Assembly (NCBI RefSeq): GCF_009914755.1
Contig: NC_060939.1
Source: the human T2T-CHM13v2.0 reference genome, Homo sapiens
Length of the DNA stretch: 64,000 bases
Direction: 5' to 3' (one strand)
Within the stretch, counting starts at the first letter, position 1. The number at the start of each line of letters is the position of its first letter. Made by a program: the position numbers and the translations under genes. Of the stretch, positions 45,704 to 56,325 are shown piece by piece. The notes under the pieces were generated by a model that did no database searches, was not told the DNA's origin, and saw only the letters and a program-made list of their open reading frames with translations.

Positions 45704-46213
45704 AGACACACACATATGCAGACACACACAGAGACACAGACACACACACATACACACACACACACACAGAGACACAGAGACAGACACACAGACACAACAC
45801 ACACACAGAGACACACACATACGCACACAGACACACACAAATACGCACACAGACAGACATACACACACACATACGCACAGACACACAGACATACACACAG
45901 ACACATACGCACACACAGACATACACACAGACACACACACGTGCACACAGACACACACACACACGCACACAGACACACACAGAGACACAGACACACACAT
46001 ACACACACAGATACACACAGACACACATGCACACACACAGAGACACACACAGACATACACACACAGACACACATAGACACAGACACACATATGCACACAG
46101 ACACAGATACACACACAGACACACACAGATACACACACAGAGACATACACACACAGACACACATATACGCACACAGACACAGACACAGATACACACACGC
46201 GCGCGCGCGCGTG

Positions 46214-46242
<29 letters not shown>
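45660..46242. repeat. Compound (CA)n/(CACAGA)n microsatellite ending in (CG)7-(CA)n
   Basis: About 580 bp; (CG)7 at 46198-46211. Confidence 0.97.
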
Positions 46243-46245
<3 letters not shown>

Positions 46246-46419
46246 CTTACTTCCCATCCTGGTCAAGGAAGGAGCAAATCACCCTTTTTGGGAGTCTGCG
46301 AGCAGCTAAGAGGGAGCCCCTCCCCTGCCCCTCAGCCCTGACCCAGGCCCCATCTCTCCCTCCTCTGAGTCCTGAGCTGTGGGAACCCACACAGGGAAGC
46401 AGGAGGCCAGGCACATGGT

Positions 46420-46620
46420 GGTGAAACACGGCATTAGAGAGCTCAGGTTGAATTCCAGCCCTAACACTCCATGCGTGACCTTGGGCAAGTGACTGTTTTT
46501 CTGAGCCTCAGTTTTCTCCTCTCTAAAATGGGGATAAATAATTTCGACCTCTTACGTCGAGGATTACGTGTGAGGATTAAGCAAGACACTTTGCCTGGAA
46601 TCAATGCTCGGTGGACGTCT
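46420..46620 (+). mobile_element. MIR
   Basis: gtgaccttgggcaagtgact...ctgagcctcagtttt..ctctctaaaatggggataa core. Confidence 0.8.
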
Positions 46621-49600
46621 GCTCCTGAGGCTGCAGTCACTCTGCTATTAGCATCTTCTTCCCAGGGTGGAGTGGCCTGGTGACATGGGGACTTCTGCTT
46701 AGGAGTCTTTCAGGAAGATTCCGAGGCAAAGGCCTAGAGGAGGTGGCCCCGTGAGTCCGTGTGGGACCAAGGGACGTGGAAAAGGAGAGGTGGGCTCTGG
46801 AGAGGGTATCAGCCAGCGGCTGCCTGCCAGCCCAGGACCCTTCAGAAGGTGGGAGGGGGTGGGGGTCTGCATCTCTGTGGCTAACTGGGCTGAGGCCCAC
46901 ACCCCTCTCCCAGTGCTAGAAGAAGCAGGGACAGCCCCTGCCTGGCCCTCCCCAGGGCCTGTTTCTCCCAAGCCTAACAGCCCCTAGGATGGGGCTCACT
47001 GGGCCGGGGCACAGCAGGAACCCCCTGTCCCCAGAGCAGGTGAGTGAGAAGAGAATGAGCAGGTATCAGGACCTTTTATGGGACAAGGGACCCTAGAAGC
47101 CTGTCTTTTCCCTGCTCTCTACCAACCCCTCGCGAATCCCTCTCTGGAGGTGGGGGCTGGAGGCCAGGGCCCAGGGACGCAAGATAGCTCACCTGCCAGG
47201 GCCACCATGGGGCTGTTACCACCACTCATGACATAAGCAGTGGTGGCTGCATCACGAGGAGCAGAAATCCGGACTGAGGGAGGGGACAGCCCTCTCCGCT
47301 CTGGGCTGCTAGGACCCCTCAGGGGGATGGGTGTATGTGAGCTCAGAGTAGGGGGAGGTGTGGGCAGGTGACTGAGGTGACTGCAGAGTGGGGTGTGCAG
47401 CTTGGGGCTGGGACACTGGAGGGACCCCGGACAAGGGCCGGCCCGTGCCTGAGCCCTCAGGGCAAGATCCCATTGTGCAGGCCCCCACTGCCTTCACCCA
47501 CGTAGAGGTGACTCTTCTCCACAGACCCCTGGACAGGGCCCGGACAGGCCCCCCACCCACATGTGCTAACAGAATCCAAGTGGCTGCCCCTGGCCGAGAT
47601 TCCATCTCTGGGCATGTGGGGCCCATGTGTTTCTGGCCACCCACCTGGAGCCTGGCTGAGCCCCTCCAGGGGTGGGTACTCAGACAGGGGCTGTCCTTCC
47701 AACCGTGGACAGCCCTGGGGCCGGTGAGATATTGTAGAGACCTGAGCCAGCTGGCTGATGGTGCCACAGCCCTTGGGCTACCTGGCCCTGCTGTGTGGCC
47801 TTGGGGAGACCCCTGGCCCTATCTGGGCCTCTGGGTGGAATCTTCAGTCTCCTAGGTCAGCTCTAAATTCTGAGCTTGAGCCTCTTGGGAACAGGACAGG
47901 GGCCTCTGCCTCTATCTAGAGAGAGCCAGCTGCTTGTCCTGGGCCAAGCAGCAAGGCAGGCTAGGCCTGGAATGGGGCTGAGAAGCAGCCCAGCCTGCCA
48001 GGACTCCCTGGCATTGGAAAGCCACTTTCCTAAGTTGGCATGGAGCCCTGGGGCTCCCCCCGGGATGAGAGCAGCGGCTCCTCTCCACCCCCGGTTCCCA
48101 TCTTCCACCCCCTGGCCCCAGCCCCGCCCTGCCAAAAATAAACCCAGACCACCCCATCTTGTACCAGCCAGACCCACCCAGCCCCTCCAGAGCCAATTGA
48201 GTCACCACTCAGAGCTGCTCCTTTTTTAACTGTCTGAGTCACTGCTTGTGGCTCCATGACACATGCCCCAGGCTACGGTTACCCCACAGCCCCTACAAGC
48301 GCAGCCAAGGGAGGGGTCTGCGTAGAGGCTGGCAGCAGGTGTGAGTCCAGGCCATAGCCTTAGCTTGTGAGCCCTCCAGGCCTAGGGAACTCACTCCATA
48401 GCAAGCCAGAGACCAGACCTGTCCCTCAAGGTCCCGGCCGTGCCCAAGACAGCCCTTGGGGATCTTGGTGACAAGGTCAATCTGGGCTCTGCCCCACAAC
48501 ATTGAGTTGCCTCCAATAGGCCTTGGGCCTTCCCCGTGGAGACTGCCGGGAACGGAGGGTCTCCAGCCCCTAGACCCTGGAGGCTGGGGGTGGGCGAGGC
48601 CACAGAGACGCCTGCTTCCTCCCTCCTCACCGGCTCCACCCGGACTCTGACCACGCTGCCTGGAGCACCATGAAGACTCTATGGAACGGAAGCCACACTT
48701 CAGTCTCCCCTCACGGCTTCTGTCTGCCCCTGCGCAGGGTCACCCGGGCTGCAGAGCACCCCCGATCTCTCAGTCCATCCCCCCATCCCGCTCTCTCCAT
48801 CTCTCTGTCCTTTCCCACCCCTGGCTGTGGTTCCTCCATCTCTTTCTGTCTGTCTTTCCTACCCTGTCTCTCTGTCTGTCTGCCCATCTCTCCAGTCCTG
48901 CTCTGTTCTCCTTCCCTTCTCCTTTACCGGGTTCCACGGCAGTCAGAAGTGCTCCCTGCCGCCAGCACCCCACCCGTCCCCAGGGCCCTCTCTGCCTTCT
49001 CAGTAGACATAACAGACCCTCACCTCCTCCCATTCCCACAAGGGACTCTGGGCCCCAGGGACCAATCCTGAGAAATGTTCCGCTCCCCTCACCAGGTCCT
49101 CCCGTGCCCCAAAGTGCAGGCTACATCCTGTCCCAGGGAGTGTCAGGATCCCACAGGCACTTCCTTGGGGGTTGACAAAGGCGGGCAGGGGGGCCTGGGA
49201 ATGGCCCCACCTCCCAGTCCATGCTAGAGCAGGGGCCTGTAAGCCTCAAACCCCATCCGTCTTCTGTCTGTGGCTGTGGCCTCCGGCTATAAATAGGGGC
49301 TCAGATTCTATTTTCTTTAAAAACAAGCACAAGACTCTGTCATCACAGGCCCAGAAAAGCAGTTTCTGGCTGGGGCAGTCCCTCCAGCCCTCCCTGGCCA
49401 TTATGTCCAGCCCCCTGCCTCTGAGCCCTGGGGCCCTGGAGAGCAGAAGAGGCCTGGAAAGGAGCCTGGAGGTAAGACAAAGTGGGGAGGGCTGGGGCGA
49501 GCTCCCAGAGGCAGCCCCTCCCTCCTTTCTTTTCACCTCCTGTCCCCAAGCAAGGTCAGTCTAGTCCCCAAGGCTCACAGTGTAAATGGAGAGAGGTGAC

Positions 49601-52600
49601 AACAGCACAGCCCCCTGGGCCACAGCGAGTGTCTTTGCACCCCAAGGACAAAGAAGGCGCTTTGGGCTTTTTTCCCAAAAGAGCATGAGGACATTTCACA
49701 GGCGGACAGGAGAGAAGAGCTGGCCCGGCAGCAGGCCCAGCCTGAGCGAAGGCAGCAGGTCGGGCCTGCTAGGTGTGCGCAGAGTCAGTGCAGAGTCTAG
49801 TGAGGCGGAGGCGTGGAGTGTCCGTGGAAGAGAGCAAGAGACCCTGCAGGCAGGGCCGAGGGCACCCTGGCTTTCGTCGCCACCCAGGGGTGGGGGCCTG
49901 ACCCTGGGGCAGTGGGAGCCAGCAAAGCCAAGGGAGGCTGAGAGAGCGGCTTTCAGTTTGGGTTAACTGGGGCTGCTATTAGCAAAGGGAGTCAGGAGAT
50001 TGATTAAGCCAGACCAAGGACGGTGGCCAGCCGCCTTATGGATGGACCAGGGAGCAAGAGAGGAAGATGAAGTTGAAGGAGAATTTGGGGACTGGATGGA
50101 TGGAACCTGAGTATTAATCAGCAGTGGCTGTGGGGAGGGAGGAGGAGGAGAGTTCAGCGCGACCCTCAGATGTCTACTCAGCAACAGGTGGACAGTCGGG
50201 CCTTCACGGGGCTGGCGAGCCGGCTGTAGGGGAGACGACACTGAGTCCTCCTTGCTTTGGGTGGGGCTGGGCTTGGGGGTTCCTATGGGTGTTCCTGCCG
50301 TGGACATCTGAGGGACACTGGCAGTGGGCCTGGAGCCCTGGAGAGTTGGTGCCAGTGAGAGAGACGTGGTGCATTAGCAGAGGCTGGGCCTGAGGCCGGG
50401 AGAGAAAAGGAGGGCCAGAGGGAGTGTGGTGGCGGTGGGCACAGCTCCAGGGGGGCCCACAGGCTGCAGGCTTCCAGGCAGTTGGCAGGTGGGGGTGCTA
50501 GGCAGGAACCTATTCCAGGAGGAGCCAGGCCTGCCCAGGAAGAGAGGTCTCAGTCTTGGGATCCCTGATGGGCCTGGGTAGCCCAGAGGTTCACTAGCAA
50601 GGACACTGAGGTTTCCTGGTGCACCCCCCGGCAACGCCCTCCCGCTGGAGCACCACCAGTGCTGGGGGCTTGCTGTGGTGGGACAGCTCTGCCTGATAGA
50701 AAAACCCTCACATGGGCCAAATGCCACATTTGATCCTTTCATTCTCTTAGCATGTGGGCCCTGGTCCTGTCCTCAAGAGCTTCCAGTCTGGCCAGACCTG
50801 TGGCCATTTAGGCCAGAGATGGCTCTACTGTACCCACGGTAGTGGCCACACCTCTTGCCAGTCTGCTGGGCTGGTTAGAGGCCAGATGTGTGTCAGTCCC
50901 TCTATCCAGGTCCCCTTTTACAGATGGGGACACTGAGGCCAGGGAAAGCATGGAAGCACATGGCTCTGAGCCCTGTGTGTGTGCTGGGGGTGTGAGCCCT
51001 GACCCAGGCATCTGCCCTGGACGTGGACTTCTGCCTGTGGGGTGAGCCCACCCTCTGCCCTGTATTCAGATGGGGGAACTGAGGAGGAGGCACACAAGCC
51101 ACTGTACACAAGTTGTGCCACCAGATTTCAGGTCCAGGCAGCCGTCCAGACCCACAGTCACCGTTTCCTCTGTTCTTCCCCCATCCCAACTCACACACTC
51201 ACTATCTCCAGACCCAGCCCACCAGGCTGGGGAAGCCCCGAGACGCCGCCCCGACAGCCCTGTCTTCGGCAGTTTCTGCTGCCAGAGCCGAGGGGAACTC
51301 AGAGATGAGCCATGGGCTGCCTGGTCCTGGACACTGCCCAGGAGAGAGCCTGGCCCTCAGCCTCCTGGGGGCAGCTCCCACCCAGACCCCTGTCTCTCCA
51401 CCCTCCTCCCAGACCTCCAAGTCCCCAGTGGGCAGGGCTGGCACTTATCACTGGCTTCTGGACCTAGTCATCCCTCGCCAGCCCCTGCAGAAGGGCCCTC
51501 CCGATTCGGCCAGCCCCAGAGCCACAGAGGCGGGGCTGCCAAACCGCCCAAGGAGAGCAGATGCTTCCATCCCCTCTTCGCTGCCCCCTCCACCCGGCCC
51601 TGACAGAAGAGTCCCAGGGGACAAGAAGGGAAAGAGTGTGTGTTCCCCAGGCTGGGGTCCAGCTCTCACACCCTCCTCCCACTGGGGCCATTGGCAGATG
51701 CTCCACTTCCGATTCACAGGCAGCAAGCAAACCCACCACGCCTCTCTGGGTGCACACACGGTGCATGTGCCCTGCTGACACCCACAGCCCCTAGCTCTGG
51801 AGCCTCACCCGCGGGAGCTTAAGTCCCAGCCCTGCCACTGCTCCACAGGCTAGCACGGAGGACTGCCCTCTCTGAGCCTCAGTTTCCTCACCTGTAACAT
51901 GGGAGATGCCTCCCAGGAGCCTGCTGGGCCTGGGGGGCTGGGCAGCACCAAGTGAGGGTCCTTCACTCTTCTCTTCCCTGCCAGAAACCCTACCCCAGCC
52001 TGGGTCCACTGAGTGAGGGTCCCAGGTCCGCTAGGGCCAGGAAAGTGGGGGAAAGGAGGGTACGGAAGGGGCCTGGAAACCCACCCATCTCCCTGTACAA
52101 GAGGGAAAATTATAAGGCAGGTAAAAGCCTCTTGGAACCGCTCCCCACCGCAGCCACCCCACCCTCCTCGCCTGAGGCCTGGGGAGCAGCAAGGCTTCCA
52201 CAAAGACACCATTGAGGCCCCGCTTCCTCCTCCCCCAGCCCAGCCCTCCCGCCTCGTTGGACTCTGGGCTGCTTCTTCCCTCAAAACCTCTCATTTCCTC
52301 TCCTTCTTCCTCTGTGCTCCACAAGGCCCCAGGGTTGGGACATGTGGCTGGGAGCCCAGGGCGCAGCCCCTATCAGCCTCTGTGGACCAAGCTCAGCTTC
52401 TCCCACCCCACCTGCCCCTGCTTCCACTCATCTTCCAGACGGGTTCCCTCAACTGGAAATGTTCCCCAGTACATGCCCCTCTACATGGGTGACTCAAAGC
52501 GCTTGGTTAGAGGATGGTAGCTGAGGCCAGTGACCAGGGTCAGGGCCCAGCCAATAGCTGAGGAAACTGTTTTCCTCCCTGGCCTCCTTGGCCTTGCAAG

Positions 52601-52845
52601 GGACCAGAAAGGCAACTAAACAGAAGGTCAGCTGACCTGAGTGTGCATCTCTTGGCTCAAGAGTTCTTGGGGCAAGGAGGGATGGGGCTGCCCTGACCCT
52701 GGCAGAGGTCTCTGCAGCATTTAGACGTGGAGGCAGTCACCTAAGCAGGTGCCTGGCACTCCAGCACCCCCACTGGGATAAAGCAGTGTCTCCTGAGAGG
52801 ATGGCTGCTGTTGTAAGCTCCATGGGATTTGGAACTAACCTACTG

Positions 52846-53145
52846 TTTTGTTTTGTTTTGTTTGCAACAGAGTCTCGCTTTGTCTCCCAGGCTGGAGTGC
52901 AGCTGGGGTCACTGGGGTCACTGCAACCTCTGCCTTCTGGGTTCAAGTGATTCTCCTGTCTCAGCCTCCCAAGTAGCTGAGATTACAGGTGTGTCCCACC
53001 ACACCCAGCTAATTTTTGTATTTTTAGTACAGACAGGGTTTTGCGATGTTGGCCAGGCTGGTCTCGAACTCCAGACCTCAGGTGATCCGCCTGCCTCAGC
53101 CTCCCAAAGTGCTGGGATTACAGGCATGAGCCACCATGCCTGGCC
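52846..53145 (-). mobile_element. AluSx-like
   Basis: (TTTTG)n tail; TSD aactaac(c/g)tactgtt. Confidence 0.93.
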
Positions 53146-54392
53146 CTTAACTAACGTACTGTTGTCTGCATTTCGGTAGCTCACGGGACAGGAGAGGAGC
53201 AGGCAGTCTGTGGGCTGCGGGGATGGCCCTGGGTGGTGGAATCCCAGTCTGGAAGCAGCCAGGAAGAGTTGCTAAAGAGCAGTGAGCCCTGAGGGGTCTG
53301 CAGGTGTGTGAGCGTCTCCCAGGCAGCCCACCCTGGCCAGTGATGAGCCATCTAGGCCTGGGCCCTGGTGACCCCAGTGTCATCACTGGGCAGGTCGCTC
53401 CCCTTAGTCTGACCTTAAGTCTCCCCTGTAACCTACCCCCTTGTTACCCTCAAACTAACAGGGTTGGGGGAAGGTGATAGCTCAGTGTGGGTGGCTGAGC
53501 CTTGGGGAGTCTGCTGGGAGGAGGTTTGAGAGGGGCCCACCCCTGAGTAGGCACACCAGACAGCTTCTCCCTTGCCTGAGGAGCCCAGGGAGACCAATGT
53601 GCTGGGGAGGGGACCCCCAGTAATGGTTCAGTATCCAGGGCCCACAGTGGGGCCAGACCATGGACCCAGTGCATGCCCTCCTCGCGTGCCTTGCCGCCAC
53701 ACACGTGTGTACATGTGACACTGACCCACACTCCCGCACACACTCGCCCATGCCCTGCCTGCTGGGTTGGAAGTAGATTGCTGTCGGAAGTAAAATAGGG
53801 GAGTCCCTTGAAGGTGCAAGGGGAGGGAAACTGACCTGAGGTCTAGAGGGCCAGGTGACCTCAGGGAGGGTCTGCTGCTGGGGAAGCACACCTGGCCCGT
53901 CCATGCTCTCACACAGCCGGCATTCAGCCCCCAGGTGGGCCACGACCCCACCCCTGCCCCGCCACATACACACCCATGAGGGGAGACAGAGAGCCCTTCA
54001 TCCCGGCCTTGGCCCTCCCAGAGCACCCCATCCCACAGCCCCCTCAGATTCCCTCACCCCTGCCTGCCCAGACCTGGAGCCAGGATCTCCCCCCGTGGTG
54101 CCAAACCCCGAGGGGCGGTGATGGAGAAGTCTGGCTTCGTCTTGGAGCAGGGCCCTCCCTCCCCAGCAGGCTGGCTGGGCGTCCCCTCCTCACTCCTGTG
54201 CACAGCAGCAGGCTTGCTGCCAACGTCCCGCCTTCTCTGTCTCCCTCGAGTTTTCCTCCTCCGTCTCCTTCCTCAGGCCTTGGTCTGTATGTGAATCCAG
54301 TCTTTATGGAGGAGGGCATCTTGATTTCTCCTTCTCAGTTTTAATAATTTTCTCCCATGTTAGCTGTCTTCTTCCATTCCCATCACTGTATT

Positions 54393-54748
54393 GCAGCTAA
54401 GGCCGGGCGAGAAGTCGAGCACAGCAGCTGCTGGCCCAGGTGCTAAGCCCCTCACTGCCCGGGGCGGGCGGGGCCGGCCAGCTGCTCCGAGTGCGGGGCC
54501 GCCGATCCCACGCCCACCCGGAACTCGCGCTGGCCCACAAGCACCGCGCGCAGCCCCGGTTCCCGCCCGCGCCTCTCCCTCCACACCTCCTGGCAAGCTG
54601 AGGGAGCCGGCTCCGGCCTTGGCCAGCCCAGAAACGGGCTCCCACAGTGCAGCGGCGGGCTGAAGGGCTCCTCAAGCGCGGCCAGAGTGGGCGCCAAGGC
54701 CGAGGAGGCGCCGGGCTGTGAGGGCTGCCAGCAGGCTGCCACCTCTCA
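54393..54748 (-). mobile_element. LTR12 (ERV9 LTR, LTR12C/D/E-like) 5' fragment, truncated
   Basis: The reverse complement starts TGAGAGGTGGCAGCCTGCTGGCAGCCCTCACAGCCC...CTTGAGGAGCCCTTCAGCCCGCCGCTGCACTGTGGGAGCCC, the recalled LTR12 5' end. It stops after about 356 bp; about 33 CpGs counted. Confidence 0.9.
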
Positions 54749-54907
54749 CTGGGACCCGGGCAGTGCTCAGAGGCAGCACCATACAGCAGAACCATGAGGG
54801 TGCGCCAGCATGGACCCCTTTCTGCAACCCACCCGTCCCTCTTTGCGGCACCTCGCCTCCTCCAGGCAAGAGTCTGAGCCTTGACCACAGCTCCCTCTCT
54901 CACACAG

Positions 54908-55061
54908 CTTCCTTCTTCGGTGAGAACCACCTGGTCGGTCGGCTCTGACCGACATAGACCTGCAGCTGCAGTTCTCCACGTCCCAGCCCGAAGCCCTCCT
55001 TCTCCTGGCAGCAGGCCCAGCTGACCACCTCCTGCTGCAGCTCTACTCTGGACGCCTGCAG
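54908..55061 (+). pseudogene. CSPG4P13: CSPG4 exon 2 remnant, net 10-nt loss, frameshift to TGA at 54946-54948
   Basis: cacag|CTTCCTTCTTCGGTGAGAACCAC (ASFFGENHL) ... ALTDIDLQLQFSTSQPEALLLLAAGPADHLLLQLYSGRLQ|gtgagt; the EVPVAT codons are replaced by a 5-nt insert. Confidence 0.95.
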
Positions 55062-55711
55062 GTGAGTGACGTCCCCCTGAGATCTGGGCGGGATTCGGGG
55101 TGGGATTCCTTCTCTAGCTTTGAGTGAACCCCAGCTGGCTGTGTGACCTTGTGTAAGTCACTTTTATCTTGGGGTCTTAAGTTCTCCACTGTGGGATGGG
55201 CAGCAGCAGCCCAGAAATGGTAAATCCTTCATGAACTGGCTCTGCCCACCGGCTCCCTCCAACCATGTTTCCCGCCACAACCCCTTGCTGGCCCTTTGTG
55301 CTCTGACCGCCCTGAACTGCTTTCAGTTCCTGGCCATCTTACAGTCGCTTGCTGCCAGGCTCTTGATGCACACTCCTTCTGCCAGGTGTGCGCCTCTCCC
55401 GTTCCCTGCACATGCCTAACTCTAGCCTCTCCTTGAAGTCTCAGTGTGGGCATCCCCTCCTCCTGGGCTAGGCCCCCTCCTGAGCCCCCATGACCCCTGT
55501 GCATTCCTGTGGCACTGCACCAATTTCTCTGCAGCACCACGGTCTGTCCACGACAGTAACAGCACCAGTACTGCCTCAGCTTCCTCATTTTTCCATTTCA
55601 TCCTTCAAAACACCACAAGCTTTGTTAGCAAGGAGTCTTGTGGCTTTCTTTAGTCTTCCCCCAAGCCATGAAGAGTTTAAGAACCCAGGGTCTTATTCCA
55701 AATTTGTGCCA

Positions 55712-55850
55712 GGCTGAGTGCAGTGGCTCATGCCTATAATCCCACCACTTTGGGAGGCCAAGGTGAGAAGATCACTTGAGCCTAGGAGTTCAAGACTGGC
55801 CTGAGCCACACAATGAGACCCCATCTCTATTTTAAAAAGAAAAAAATAAA
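55712..55850 (+). mobile_element. FLAM_C-like Alu monomer in pseudogene intron 2
   Basis: Left monomer plus A-rich tail. Confidence 0.85.
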
Positions 55851-56325
55851 AACAAATTTGGGTCAGCCATCTCCTTCCACACCCTACTGGGGAGAGGACT
55901 AGGGCTTGGTCAGTCTGCTGCTGTCATTGCATTCCCAGTTCCCTATTATTCCAGGGCTGAAATCTAGGTTCCAAGACAATATTTCTGGCACTTCTCACTC
56001 AAGGAGAGAGGAGAAGAATTTAAAAATACAGGTTGGATTTCTAGGAGAGCATCTTGCTGTATGTCAGTTCCTTGTGGGCAAGGACGACATCTGATTCACA
56101 TCAGGGTCCCCAGAGCCCGTCCAGCCCTGGCCCAGAGTTCCCTTTGGTGAGTGTTTGGAGGATGAGTAAAGAGATGGCAGGATGGCAAGAGGAGTGGCAC
56201 CAGAGGCCCTTGTCCTAGGTTTTCCGCTCTGGGGCACCAAGAGTGGGGAACCCACTATGCTTTTATAAGGGAAATGATGGATTCCAAGTGCTGCCCCCCA
56301 TCTCCCACTCCCCATCTCTCTTCAG

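Noticed and set aside
45441-46341. His/Thr-rich and Cys/Val-rich ORFs of 190-265 aa
   Set aside because: Translations of the (CA)n compound microsatellite.
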